NCBI GenBank assembly: GCA_964536515.1 | Contig: CAZHXI010000004.1 | Span: 5,038-69,037 of the forward strand | Length of the DNA: 64,000 nucleotides | Reading direction: 5' to 3' | Source of the DNA: an uncultured Gammaproteobacteria bacterium | GTDB lineage: Bacteria; Patescibacteriota; Patescibacteriia; CAYZDG01 | In this document: piece by piece, positions 1-10,612 of the stretch | How the letters are laid out: every line of letters begins with the position of its first letter | Position numbering within the stretch: position 1 is the stretch's first letter | The notes under the pieces: model-generated | The model's input: only the letters and a program-made list of their open reading frames with translations | Database searches by the model: none | Told to the model about the DNA's origin: nothing | Position numbers and translations under genes: made by a program

Positions 1-1512
1 AAGGTACGGGTGAAGATAGACCTGCCGCTAGACCTGCTCACCCGCTCCACCGAGCAGCCGACGAGCGGCGATATTAAGAGCAACCAGGAGAAGATTAAGG
101 CTACGCTGGCCACCTTCGGCATCGAGGTAGAGATGGGTGAGGTCAACGTCGGCCCCACCGTTACGCAGTTCACCTTCAAGCCCGCCGACGGCGTTAAGCT
201 GTCGCAGGTGGTGGCCCTGCAGAACGACCTAGCCCTGGCCCTGGCCGCCCACCCGCTGCGCATGGAGGCGCCCATCCCGGGCAAGAGCCTGGTGGGCATA
301 GAGGTACCCAACCAGTCTGTGGCCGTAGTTAAGCTGCGCGACATTCTGGAGTCTACCCAGTTCAAGAACAGGCGATCGCCGTTGACGGTTAGCCTGGGCA
401 AGGACGTTGCCGGCGAGGCCGCCGTGGCCGACCTGGGCCGCATGCCGCACTGCCTCATCGCCGGCGCCACGGGCAGCGGCAAGTCGGTCTGCCTCAACAG
501 CTTCATCGTCAGCCTGCTGTACCAGAGCTCGCCGGACCAGCTGCGGCTGATAATGGTAGACCCCAAGCGCGTGGAGCTGAACGTGTACAACGACATCCCC
601 CACCTGCTCACGCCCGTCATCCACGAGGTAGACCAGACGGTGAACGCGCTGCGCTGGGCAGTCGGCCAGATGGACTACCGCTACAAGCTGCTGGCCGAGG
701 CGCGCGTGCGCAGCCTGGCTGACTACAACCAGAAGGTGCTGGTGGGCAAGCTGCCCTACATCGTCATCATCATCGACGAGCTAGCTGACCTAATGGCCGT
801 GGCGGCGCGGGACGTAGAGGCGGCGATCATTCGGCTGGCGCAGATGGCCCGCGCCGTTGGCATCCACCTGGTGCTGGCTACCCAGCGGCCGTCGGTGAAC
901 GTCATCACCGGGCTCATCAAGGCCAACATCACCACGCGCCTCGCCTTCGCCGTGGCGTCGCAGACAGACTCGCGGACCATCCTGGATATGGCGGGGGCAG
1001 ACAAGCTGCTGGGCCGCGGCGACATGCTGTTCGCCAGCGCCGAGACATCTAAGCCCCGCCGCCTGCAGGGATGCTTCGTAACGGACGACGAGATTGAGAA
1101 GGTAACTAGGTTCCTAAAGGATCGCGCCGAGCCGGAGTACGACGAGTCTATCGTCGAGCGGCAGCGCGGCAGCAGCAGCGGCGTCAGCGGGGGCGGCGCC
1201 TACGGCAGCGACGATGACGATCCGCTGCTGGGCGAAGCCGAGGGTGTGGTAACCCAGTTCGACAAAGCCTCTGCCTCGCTGCTTCAGCGCAGGCTACGAA
1301 TCGGCTACGCCCGCGCCGCGCGCATCCTAGATCTGCTAGAGGAGCGCGGCGTGGTCGGCCCGGCGGACGGCGCCAAGCCACGGGATGTTCTGGCCCGAGG
1401 CAGCGTAGCTGCGCCAGCCGGCATCCCAGATCCCGAACGCGTCCACCTGGACCCCGAGTGGTCCAGCACCGATGAGCTAGCCGAAGAGAAGGACGAGGAG
1501 GCCAGCAGCTGA
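1..1512 (+). CDS. ftsK: DNA translocase FtsK/SpoIIIE, C-terminal motor and gamma domains; 5' end lies outside the window
   Basis: The ORF is open to the window edge. It has Walker A (GATGSGKS), a FtsK_SpoIIIE motor region and a C-terminal winged-helix gamma domain. The TGA stop overlaps the next start (TGATG). Confidence 0.85.
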   Translation, partial: KVRVKIDLPLDLLTRSTEQPTSGDIKSNQEKIKATLATFGIEVEMGEVNVGPTVTQFTFKPADGVKLSQVVALQNDLALALAAHPLRMEAPIPGKSLVGIEVPNQSVAVVKLRDILESTQFKNRRSPLTVSLGKDVAGEAAVADLGRMPHCLIAGATGSGKSVCLNSFIVSLLYQSSPDQLRLIMVDPKRVELNVYNDIPHLLTPVIHEVDQTVNALRWAVGQMDYRYKLLAEARVRSLADYNQKVLVGKLPYIVIIIDELADLMAVAARDVEAAIIRLAQMARAVGIHLVLATQRPSVNVITGLIKANITTRLAFAVASQTDSRTILDMAGADKLLGRGDMLFASAETSKPRRLQGCFVTDDEIEKVTRFLKDRAEPEYDESIVERQRGSSSGVSGGGAYGSDDDDPLLGEAEGVVTQFDKASASLLQRRLRIGYARAARILDLLEERGVVGPADGAKPRDVLARGSVAAPAGIPDPERVHLDPEWSSTDELAEEKDEEASS

Positions 1513-2177
1513 TGTCACCATTCAGCGCCAAGCCGCTAGCCACCCTCACCGTGGGTGAGCTGCTGGCGCAAGCCCGCCGCAGGCGCGGGTGGTCCGCCGC
1601 GGAGCTCGCCAAGGCCGCCGGCATCAACGCTAGGTTCGTCGCAGCGTTCGAGGACGACCGGCACGCCGCCTTGCCCGGGGACGTGTACGTTAGGCAGTGG
1701 CTGAGGCAGCTGGCTAGCCAGCTGGGGCTAGATGGGGGCAGCCTCACCCGCCAGTGGGTAGAGGAGCGTGAACGGATTCGCCGTGGCGGACGGCCGGCTG
1801 CCGTTACCCCGGCGGGGCGAGCGATAACCTCGCGGCACATTCGCTGGGCCGCCGCCGGTACGGTGGCGCTCGCCGCGCTGGGCTTTTTGGGGGTACGGCT
1901 GTACGCGGTGGTCGCCCCGCCGCCGCTCGCCGTTACGTCGCCCGCCGCCCCGACGACCGCCCTGGGCGATGCCTTCAGCGTGGAGGTGTCTGGAACCACC
2001 GCTCCCGAGGCCTCGGTGACGGTCAACGGCCAGGTCATTACCACTGCGGTCGGCGGCTCGTTCAACGTAACCGTGCCGCTGCACCGGGGGGTGAACGCCA
2101 TCACGGTCACCAGCCGAACCAAGCACAGCTTCAGCGCGTCCGTACGGCGCGTGGTAACGGTCGGCACGCAGCCCTAG
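1512..2177 (+). CDS. rodZ: RodZ-like cytoskeleton protein: N-terminal XRE-type HTH, single TM helix, Pro/Ala-rich C-terminal part
   Basis: The HTH motif is LTVGELLAQARRRRGWSAAELAKAAGIN. It is followed by a hydrophobic helix and a periplasmic-type domain, and the gene is translationally coupled to ftsK. Confidence 0.55.
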   Translation: MSPFSAKPLATLTVGELLAQARRRRGWSAAELAKAAGINARFVAAFEDDRHAALPGDVYVRQWLRQLASQLGLDGGSLTRQWVEERERIRRGGRPAAVTPAGRAITSRHIRWAAAGTVALAALGFLGVRLYAVVAPPPLAVTSPAAPTTALGDAFSVEVSGTTAPEASVTVNGQVITTAVGGSFNVTVPLHRGVNAITVTSRTKHSFSASVRRVVTVGTQP

Positions 2178-2235
2178 CCTCACCCGGGCTGGCCGTAGTA
2201 GCATAACCTTCCGCTAAGCAGTTCACCTGAAACCT

Positions 2236-3302
<1,067 letters not shown>

Positions 3303-3303
<1 letters not shown>

Positions 3304-3324
3304 GGACGAGGCACGCCTCGTCCC
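3303..3324 (+). other. GC hairpin overlapping the recA stop codon (GGGACGAGGC..GCCTCGTCCC)
   Basis: A perfect 9-10 bp inverted repeat starts at the TAG stop. Confidence 0.5.
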
Positions 3325-3365
3325 TACGTGGGACCGGATTCAAAAATACTTTTCGTGGACGCAGT

Positions 3366-3398
3366 AAACCCTCCGCTCCGGCGGAGGGTTTGTTTTTG
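3366..3398 (+). terminator. Rho-independent terminator downstream of recA
   Basis: AAACCCTCCGC-TCCG-GCGGAGGGTTT stem-loop followed by GTTTTTGG. Confidence 0.8.
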
Positions 3399-3429
3399 GC
3401 CGTCTCGGTGCTAAGGTAGGCCTACCGCT

Positions 3430-4851
3430 ATGAGCCGTTCGGTAACATTCGCGCGGAACTCCGCCGTCCAGATTGCTGGGCGGGTCATCAGCACATTCCT
3501 GGGCGTGGTGGGCGTGGCAATTATCGCACGCTACCTGGGCGCCGCTGGCTACGGCGAGTACAGCACCGTCGTCGCCTTCCTGCAGCTCGTCGCCATCGTG
3601 GCAGACCTTGGCCTGTACCTGACGCTGCTTCGCGAGCTGGGCGAGAAGCCGGAGGACGAGCACGGCTGGCGCTTCGGCTCGGGGCTGACGCTGCGCATGG
3701 TTACCGGCGCCATCGTATTCGGCGTCGCGCCGCTCATCGCCCTAGCCCTGCCGTACCCCGGCGTAGTCAAGCTGGGCATTGCCCTAACCGCCGTGGGCTA
3801 CTGGTTCAACCAGGTGGCCACGCTGCTGGGTGTAGTCTTCCAGCAGCGCATGCGCATGGGCTGGGCTGTGCTGGGCGATACGCTCGGCCGGGTCGCCTTC
3901 ATCGCCGCGCTGCTGTGGGTGGTGAACGCAGACCGCGGCCTGCTGGGCGTGCTGTGGGCCAACGTCATCAACAGCGCCGTGTGGGTTGCGCTGCTGTGGT
4001 ACTTCGCACGCCGCCTGGTCGCCTTCCGCCTGCGGATAGACTGGCTGCACTGGCGTAGCACGCTGGCGGTGGCCTGGCCCATTGGGCTGGGCATTGGCTT
4101 GAACCTAATCTACTTCAAGGCAGACACGGTGGTGCTGTCGCTGGTCCGCCCGGCGGCGGAGGTCGGGCTGTACGGCGCCGCCTACCGTGTGCTGGAAATT
4201 GTCGCCACGCTGCCGCACATGATTATGGGCATTGCCCTGCCGCTGCTAGCCAGCCTGTGGGCTGCCGGCAAGCTGGACGAGCTACGCGGCGCGGTGCAGA
4301 AGCTGTTCGACCTATTCTGGATAATGGCCTGGCCCATTGTGGCCGGCGTAGCCGTTACGGCAACGGGCATCATGGCGCTGGTGGCCGGGCCAGAATTCCT
4401 CGCCGCCGGACCAATCCTCATCATCTTGATACTAGCCTCCGGCGCCATGTTCTTCGGCACGCTGTTCAGCTACCTGGTGGTGCTCACCGGACAGCAGAAG
4501 AGCATGCTGTGGATCTACGGCGCCGTGGCGCTGCTGGGTTGCGCCGCGTACATCGCCCTCATTCCAAGGTACTCGTACTGGGCCGCGAGCTGGACAACCG
4601 TAGCGGTAGAGCTGCTGGTCGTAATTGGAGCATTTGCCCTATCTAACCGCCGTTTGGCGTGGCGGCCGCGTTGGCGCACCAGCCTGCTGTCGCTGCTGGC
4701 CAGCATGCTGATGGCGCTGGTGGTGATGATGAGCGGCGCGAGCAACGCCCTGGTTGCCGCAATCATCGGTGCGGTGGTGTACGGCGGGCTGCTGGTGGCT
4801 ATGCGCGTGGTGCCGCTGTCGCTGGTACGCCAGCTGTTCAAATCCTCGTGA
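3430..4851 (+). CDS. Polysaccharide biosynthesis protein / Wzx-like oligosaccharide flippase (MOP superfamily)
   Basis: A 473-aa polytopic membrane protein of about 12-14 TM helices, with the N-terminal motif typical of PST-family flippases. Confidence 0.7.
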   Translation: MSRSVTFARNSAVQIAGRVISTFLGVVGVAIIARYLGAAGYGEYSTVVAFLQLVAIVADLGLYLTLLRELGEKPEDEHGWRFGSGLTLRMVTGAIVFGVAPLIALALPYPGVVKLGIALTAVGYWFNQVATLLGVVFQQRMRMGWAVLGDTLGRVAFIAALLWVVNADRGLLGVLWANVINSAVWVALLWYFARRLVAFRLRIDWLHWRSTLAVAWPIGLGIGLNLIYFKADTVVLSLVRPAAEVGLYGAAYRVLEIVATLPHMIMGIALPLLASLWAAGKLDELRGAVQKLFDLFWIMAWPIVAGVAVTATGIMALVAGPEFLAAGPILIILILASGAMFFGTLFSYLVVLTGQQKSMLWIYGAVALLGCAAYIALIPRYSYWAASWTTVAVELLVVIGAFALSNRRLAWRPRWRTSLLSLLASMLMALVVMMSGASNALVAAIIGAVVYGGLLVAMRVVPLSLVRQLFKSS

Positions 4852-6098
4852 TGCTACGTCGCATTGCCTGGTACCTTACGCTCGCTGCGGTAACGGCCAT
4901 GCCGCTGTACGTGGTTCGCTTCTCGGTCGCCGGGCTGCCGTCTACGCTGCTCGAAGTTCTTGTTCTGGCCGCTGCGGCTGCAACCTTCCTAGCTCACCGT
5001 CGCTCGCTCAAGCCGCTGCCGTGGATTGCCTCGCTGGCCGCGCTCTGGACTATCGTCGGCTTCGCTAGCTCATTCCGCAGCGGCGACATCCTGTCTAGCC
5101 TTGGCCTGTGGCGAGCGTACTTCTTAGAGCCTGTCCTACTGGGGTGGGCTATCTGGCAGAACGTCCTTGCACAAACGGAGACGCAGCGCGCTGCTTCTCT
5201 ACGGAGAATCGTTGCGGCAATGGTCACCGCCGGCTCGACGGTTGCCGTATACGCCACCTACCAACATTTCACCGGCTACGGGATTCCGCACCCCTGGCAG
5301 GAGGAATCTGTGCGGCGGGTTACCGCATGGCTGGGCTACCCCAACGCCGTGGCGCTGCTCGTGGCGCCGCTGACGTGGCTGGCAGTTGGGCTCGGATTGA
5401 AAGCGCAGCATGTCGGTAGGTCGGTAGGTCGGTACCTATACCCCGTCGCTGCCGCAGCGATGATCCTCGCCGTTCTGTTCGCCAGGTCCGAAGGTGGGCT
5501 CATCGGCCTCGCAGCTGGAGCGGCAACTGCAGGGCTTCTCCACTCAAAGCTGTCGCGCCTGGTAACGCTGGGTGTGATTGTTGCCGCCGCAATCGCCGTC
5601 GCGGCCGTACCCACGTGGCGCAGCTACGCCGTACGCACCGCCACGCTGAATGACTGCCCGGTGCTGTACGAGTGCTCGCTCACGCTACGTCGCACGCAGT
5701 GGGCAGACACCTGGACCATGCTCAAGGACGGCAGGCTGCTGTACGGAGCTGGCCTGGGCAACTACCAGGCAACCATGCTGCCGTACCACAACCATCCAGG
5801 CATAGAAATTTACCTCTACCCCCACAACGTCTTCTTGAACTTCTGGACCGAGACGGGGCTAGCCGGCCTCATCCTGTTCCTAGGAATTATCGCGGCATTC
5901 TGGCGCAGCGTATGGCATGCCCTTAGAACGCTATCGCGCCCGCTGGTCATAGGCGCTGCCGCAGCCATGGTTACTCTCTTAGTCCACGGCTTGGTAGACG
6001 TACCCTTCTTCAAGAACGACCTCTCCGTGCTGCTCTGGCTAATAATCCTGCTGCCCCTTCTCGCCCAGAGAATTGACGCGAACACAGAAAAAAACTAA
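4850..6098 (+). CDS. O-antigen ligase-like (Wzy_C domain) membrane protein
   Basis: The motif HNVFLNFWTETGLAGLILFLG is typical of O-antigen ligase/polymerase domains. The ATG at 4850 overlaps the flippase stop (TGATG). The longer ORF from 4659 is an out-of-frame extension through the flippase 3' end. Confidence 0.7.
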
Positions 6099-6111
6099 GG
6101 TTCCGTCTCAC

Positions 6112-6201
6112 GGTGGGATGGCTGAGTGGTCGAAAGCGCCGCACTCGAAATGCGGTAGACCCGCAAGGGTCTCGAGGGTTCGAATCCTTCTCCCACCGCC
6201 A
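6112..6201 (+). tRNA. tRNA-Ser (anticodon CGA), long variable arm, encoded CCA
   Basis: Cloverleaf folded by hand: acceptor GGTGGGA/TCCCACC, anticodon loop CTCGAAA, T-loop TTCGAAT, discriminator G, CCA. Confidence 0.85.
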
Positions 6202-6284
6202 GTCAATTAGTCGACACCGCTCGTGATGCCTATCTCTCAACTCGCTACCTGGTTAATAGGCTACATTGACGTGACCAAACTTTA

Positions 6285-6647
6285 GTGATATCCACTAAAA
6301 ATACAGTCTACCTATTATTCGTTGAACAAAAAAACTTTGCCGCTGCTATGAAAAAGCGTTTAAACGCATTGGCTACGGGTGAGGGGGGATCCACGGAAGC
6401 CGAAGATGTGGGATCAACCTCTAAGAACGAGCAGAGCTCAGGTCGTAAGGAAAAAACTCGCGGCGCAATCGCCAAATGGTACGTCATTGGCTACCTCATA
6501 ATTATCGCGGGAATGCTTGCGGCTGGAACGCTTAAAAGCTATTCAGTCCAGGATACAAAGGATATACTTTTGGCAATCTCAGGCGTCCTCTCTGGGCCTC
6601 TTGGTTTCATCATTGGCTACTACTTCAAAGCAGGTCCCAACGAGTAG
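6285..6647 (+). CDS. Hypothetical small membrane protein in a low-GC islet: soluble Lys/Ser-rich N-terminus plus two TM helices
   Basis: ORF in an AT-rich islet immediately 3' of tRNA-Ser. An alternative ATG start lies at 6348 (MKKRLNAL). Confidence 0.45.
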   Translation: MISTKNTVYLLFVEQKNFAAAMKKRLNALATGEGGSTEAEDVGSTSKNEQSSGRKEKTRGAIAKWYVIGYLIIIAGMLAAGTLKSYSVQDTKDILLAISGVLSGPLGFIIGYYFKAGPNE

Positions 6648-6658
6648 CCCTCACGACC

Positions 6659-6940
6659 ATGAACACCTACCTCATCTCCTATGACCTTGGTGGGCCAGAA
6701 AACCGTTCAGGCTACGTTCAGCTAGTTAGCCACATCAAGGATACTTACCCAAATTGGGCTAAGCCATTGCAGTCTGTCTGGCTAATTAAAACAAGTGAGT
6801 CCACTGCAACTGTCAGAGACAAAATAATGGCGGCACTAGATCAAAATGATAAACTTCTCGTCATTGACGTCTCGAAAATGGGCTGGGCTACCTTTAACGT
6901 CTCGAGGGAGGTAACTGATTGGCTAAAAAGCAATGCCTAG
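6659..6940 (+). CDS. Cas2/VapD-like small protein (ferredoxin-like fold; putative endoribonuclease or toxin)
   Basis: The N-terminal beta-strand YLISYDL matches the YAIAFDL/VLVTYDV starts of VapD/Cas2. The stretch QSVWLIKTSESTATVRDKIMAALDQN aligns with the QFSVYSKLL..NTAMIARLKEN segment of S. pyogenes Cas2 as I recall it (recalled from memory, not checked). No CRISPR array is nearby. Confidence 0.4.
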   Translation: MNTYLISYDLGGPENRSGYVQLVSHIKDTYPNWAKPLQSVWLIKTSESTATVRDKIMAALDQNDKLLVIDVSKMGWATFNVSREVTDWLKSNA

Positions 6941-7170
6941 CCTATCTGAAAAGATATATGGACAACTGTCAGTGCGACTGCAAGAAGAGCTGCCGCAGGA
7001 GTAACCCGTGCGGGGGTGGCGGCGCCGTCTACGGCCTGGGCCTAGTCGGCGCTGCCGTGTACTACATCCAGCACGCTACGTCGTTCGGAGACGGCGTGAT
7101 TGGCGTCCTGAAGGCGATCGTCTGGCCGGCGCTGCTGGTCTACCGCCTGCTGGGCTTCTTGGGAATGTAG
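6919..7170 (+). CDS. Hypothetical Cys-rich small membrane peptide (CxxxxxxxxxCxCxCxxxCxxxxxC, then Gly-rich TM helix)
   Basis: The ORF overlaps the preceding gene by 22 nt, and GC rises back to the genome level. Confidence 0.35.
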   Translation: MAKKQCLAYLKRYMDNCQCDCKKSCRRSNPCGGGGAVYGLGLVGAAVYYIQHATSFGDGVIGVLKAIVWPALLVYRLLGFLGM

Positions 7171-7262
7171 CTTAGGCAGACGCCGCCATCCCCCCGAGGC
7201 TCCTCGCGCCGATCCCGGGGTCTTTTGCGTCAACCAATAAACCCTGGTAGCGTTCACTCAAC

Positions 7263-8132
7263 GTGATCTATATGCACCGAATTACCAAGGCTGTTATCCC
7301 TGTTGCGGGCTTCGGCACGCGCTTCCTGCCCGCTACCAAGGCGCAGCCCAAGGAGATGCTGCCGGTGGTAGACAAGCCCACCATCCAGTACATCGTGGAG
7401 GAGGCGGTGGCGGCCGGCATCCAGGACATCATCTTCATCACCGGCCCCAACAAGCGGGCGATCGAGGACCACTTCGACCGAAACTTTGAGCTGGAGTATC
7501 GGCTGCAGCACGCCGGCAAGCACGCCGAGTTCGAGGAGATAAAGCGAATCGCCCACCTGGCAAACTTCATCTACATCCGGCAGCGCACCCCTTCGGGCCT
7601 GGGCCACGCCGTGCTGCAGGCCGAGCCGGCCATAAACGGCGAGCCGTTCGCCGTGCTGCTGGGCGACGATCTTATCTTCGGCAAGAAGCCGGCGATTGGG
7701 CAGCTCGCCGAGACGTTCGCCGCCCGGGGCGGCAGCGTGGTGGGCGTAACCGAGGTTCCCCGCAAGAACGTCAGCCGCTACGGCATCGTGGCTGGTCGCA
7801 AGCTGGATGCGCGGACCGTTGCCGTGGATAGGTTCGTGGAGAAGCCGAAGCCCAGCGAGGCCCCCTCCCGCCTGGGCGTAACTGGCCGCTACGTCTTCAC
7901 CCCCGAAATCTTCGATGAGCTCCGCAAGACCAAGCCGGGTGTAGGCGGCGAGGTGCAGCTTACCGACGCCATGGTAAAGCTGATGTCGCACCAGGAGCTG
8001 TTCGCCTACCGCTACGAGGGCGAGTACTTCGACTGCGGCAACAAGGAGCGCTTCCTGCAGGCGCAGATACACGTGGCCCTGAGCAGGCCAGACCTAGCTC
8101 GGCAACTTCGATCTTACCTTAAGAAAATTTAG
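7263..8132 (+). CDS. galU: UTP--glucose-1-phosphate uridylyltransferase
   Basis: Strong similarity to GalU: KAVIPVAGFGTRFLPATKAQPKEMLPVVDKPTIQY and GLGHAVL motifs. Confidence 0.9.
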   Translation: MIYMHRITKAVIPVAGFGTRFLPATKAQPKEMLPVVDKPTIQYIVEEAVAAGIQDIIFITGPNKRAIEDHFDRNFELEYRLQHAGKHAEFEEIKRIAHLANFIYIRQRTPSGLGHAVLQAEPAINGEPFAVLLGDDLIFGKKPAIGQLAETFAARGGSVVGVTEVPRKNVSRYGIVAGRKLDARTVAVDRFVEKPKPSEAPSRLGVTGRYVFTPEIFDELRKTKPGVGGEVQLTDAMVKLMSHQELFAYRYEGEYFDCGNKERFLQAQIHVALSRPDLARQLRSYLKKI

Positions 8133-8196
8133 GGCGAGCCTGCCCCGAGCGAACCGAGCGTTAGCGAAGGTAAGCCGAGGGGTGCTAGAATAACCG

Positions 8197-9558
8197 GTGC
8201 ATATGGCACCGGTTCGTTCGATCGCCGCAGCCGCTGCGCTGGTAGCAGCGACTGTCTTCGTGGGCGGCTGTGGCAAGCAGCCCGCCGCGGTTAAGCCGCT
8301 TCAGCTAACCGTGTGGGGCGTGGCTGAGTCTTCCGGTTCAATGGCGCCACTCATTTCGTCGGTAACTTCCAAGCACCCCAACGTACGCATCAAATACGAG
8401 CAGCAGGATGCCGACACCTACGCGGCCGACCTGGTGGCGGCGCTGGCCGCCGGCCGTGGGCCGGACATATTCGCCTTCCCCGCCGGTGAGCTCCGACGCT
8501 GGCAGGAGCTGCTGCAGCCTGCTCCGCAACGGTACTCGCTGCCCGTGCTCCAGTCTAAACGGACACTGCTGAGCAAGCAGCAGGTGGTGGTAGCCAAGGC
8601 ATACGACTCGCTCACCCCGCGCCAGGTTTCGGAGAGGTTCGTCCGTACGGTAGCCAACGACAGCGTGGCGGGCGGCAAGCTGTACGGCCTACCCGTCGCC
8701 GTAGACACCCTGGCCCTGGCGTACAACCAGGCGCTGCTGGACGGCAGCAGGGTAGCCCAGCCGCCGGAGGACTGGGTCGCCTTCAAAGATGCAGTGGAGA
8801 AGCTCACCCGTACCGATGCGGCCGGCAACCTGCAGCAGGCGGGGGCAGCCATGGGTACCGGCGGCAACATTACCAACGCTGCGGCGCTAGCCAGCCTGCT
8901 GATGATGCAGGGCGGCGTACCCTTCCCCGTTAACGATGAGCCTGCGCTGACTAGCCGTGCCAACCAGGCCGCAGCATCCGAGGCGCTACGCTTTTACGCC
9001 GACTTCAGCCAGAGCAGCCGCGAGACCTACACCTGGAATACACGCCAGCCCAATGACCGCGAGGCGCTAGCCGCAGGCCGCGTCGCCATGGCGTTCCTTA
9101 CCCCTTCCCAAATTGCCCAGGTACGCCGTGACCAACCCTCGCTGCCCCTGACCGTCACCGGAGTACCCCAGCTCGCCGGCGCAGCGCCCGTGGCGGTGGC
9201 AGACTACTGGCTCTTCGGCGTATCTAAGGCGAGCAAAGATGGGCAGAGGGCGTGGGGAGCGCTCCAGGTACTAGCTACCAGCGAGAACGCCCTAGAGAAG
9301 TTTGCCTCGTCTGCTAAGCGCGGGCCCACGCTGCGGACCGTAGCTGCCAAGCTGCAGGCGGGCGACAACGCAGAGGTTGCCGCGCTCGCCGACCAAGCCT
9401 TGGTAGCGCAGCCCTGGTTCTACGGCTACGACCGTCCGGCAGCCGAGCAAGCCTTCGCCGGAACCGTTGACCGAATAGCTTCTGCCAGCGTGACCATTGA
9501 CCAGGCCCTCGCCGACCTCAGCAGGCAGCTGAGGCTTGCCTTCCAGCCAAGCAAATGA
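8197..9558 (+). CDS. Extracellular solute-binding lipoprotein (ABC-type, family 1); orphan, with no adjacent permease
   Basis: Lipobox FVGGC and a 453-aa SBP_bac_1-like fold. Its TGA stop overlaps the ATG of the next gene (ATGA). Confidence 0.7.
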   Translation: MHMAPVRSIAAAAALVAATVFVGGCGKQPAAVKPLQLTVWGVAESSGSMAPLISSVTSKHPNVRIKYEQQDADTYAADLVAALAAGRGPDIFAFPAGELRRWQELLQPAPQRYSLPVLQSKRTLLSKQQVVVAKAYDSLTPRQVSERFVRTVANDSVAGGKLYGLPVAVDTLALAYNQALLDGSRVAQPPEDWVAFKDAVEKLTRTDAAGNLQQAGAAMGTGGNITNAAALASLLMMQGGVPFPVNDEPALTSRANQAAASEALRFYADFSQSSRETYTWNTRQPNDREALAAGRVAMAFLTPSQIAQVRRDQPSLPLTVTGVPQLAGAAPVAVADYWLFGVSKASKDGQRAWGALQVLATSENALEKFASSAKRGPTLRTVAAKLQAGDNAEVAALADQALVAQPWFYGYDRPAAEQAFAGTVDRIASASVTIDQALADLSRQLRLAFQPSK

Positions 9559-10088
9559 GCCGTCGCACCCTACTCTCCCTCGGGGTTCTCATAGCAGCCC
9601 TGGCGCTAGCGGCAACCACAGCAACTGCGCTGGCACAGACAGACGGGCCCGTGGTGGATACCCCGACCGGGGGCCTGATTGATCGCCTCTCTCCAGAGTG
9701 CTCCCAGAGCGGCACCTGCGACTTCTGCGACGTGCTGGACGGCTTCGCCATTCTCACCCGCTGGATACTGGGAATCAGCGGGGTAGCAGCCCTGGCGCTG
9801 TTCGTGTGGTTCGGCTTCCGCTTCATTATCTCTGCCGGGCGTAGCGACGCCGTGAGCGGCGCCAAGAAGGGCCTCGTCGGCACGGTCGTGGGCCTAGCAA
9901 TAGTATTCGGCGCCTGGGAGGTAATTAACCTGGTCCTGTACGCCACCATAACCAGCTCGTCGGCTAGCGACATCAACAGCCGTCCAGCCCTCAGCCGGGT
10001 AATACTCTTCAGCGGCAACTCGCCGTGGAACGAGTACTGCGCCGAACGGCCCAAGCCCGCGGGCAGCATCCCTGGTGTTACCGACTAA
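9555..10088 (+). CDS. TrbC/VirB2-like pilin family protein (paralog 1): signal peptide, Cys-rich segment, two TM helices
   Basis: Signal peptide with cleavage-site context ALAQTDGP, then the topology TM1 - short Lys/Gly loop - TM2 characteristic of T4SS-type pilins. Confidence 0.55.
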   Translation: MSRRTLLSLGVLIAALALAATTATALAQTDGPVVDTPTGGLIDRLSPECSQSGTCDFCDVLDGFAILTRWILGISGVAALALFVWFGFRFIISAGRSDAVSGAKKGLVGTVVGLAIVFGAWEVINLVLYATITSSSASDINSRPALSRVILFSGNSPWNEYCAERPKPAGSIPGVTD

Positions 10089-10108
10089 CTACGGAGTAAC
10101 ATGGCGCT

Positions 10109-10480
10109 ATGAAGAAATTCCTGCTCTCCCTTTTGCTCGTACTGGCAATCGCCGTTCCGCTGGTCGCCCTGGCGCAGACCGATGGGCCGATAGACAGCGG
10201 CACCACGCTGCTGCCGAACCCCCTGGGCAACGCCGTTACCCCAGCCGAGCTAGCCGCCCGCGTGATCAATATCCTCCTCGGGGTGGTGGGCGTCGCCGCC
10301 CTCGTCGTCTTCATCTACGGCGGGGTCCAGTACATGTTCTCCGGCGGCAACAGCCAAAAGGTTCAGTCCGCAAAGGACACCATAGTCTACGCTACGTTGG
10401 GCATTGCCATAATTCTCGCGAGCCGCAGCCTTCTCCAGTTCGTAATGAAGGCTATCGTCGGCGCTACCGGCGTCCAGTAG
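10109..10480 (+). CDS. TrbC/VirB2-like pilin family protein (paralog 2)
   Basis: Signal peptide plus LAQTDGP, two hydrophobic helices separated by a GGNSQK loop, SD ACGGAG. Confidence 0.55.
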   Translation: MKKFLLSLLLVLAIAVPLVALAQTDGPIDSGTTLLPNPLGNAVTPAELAARVINILLGVVGVAALVVFIYGGVQYMFSGGNSQKVQSAKDTIVYATLGIAIILASRSLLQFVMKAIVGATGVQ

Positions 10481-10523
10481 CGCGGAGAGACACCTAGACC
10501 CCGCGGGGGTAACGTGGTACATT

Positions 10524-10550
10524 GCAGCCGTCGAACCGATGGCTGCTTTT
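10524..10550 (+). terminator. Intrinsic terminator between pilin paralogs 2 and 3
   Basis: GCAGCC-(11 nt)-GGCTGC followed by TTTTG. A CCCCGCGGGG palindrome lies just upstream. Confidence 0.6.
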
Positions 10551-10612
10551 GCACACAGCCCTCCCGGCCCGACTATGGATCTACTACCTAATGCACGAAA
10601 GGGGGTGACCGC

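Noticed and set aside
2178-2235. LexA/SOS box upstream of recA
   Set aside because: Only GTTCACCTGAAAC is present (GTTC-N4-GAAA). It is one mismatch from a GTTC-N4-GAAC palindrome and is not a Cheo box (GAAC-N4-GTTC), so the evidence is insufficient.
4659-4849. N-terminal 64-codon extension of the O-antigen-ligase ORF
   Set aside because: It is out of frame with, and overlaps, the flippase 3' end. The ATG at 4850 forms the TGATG stop/start overlap typical of this genome.
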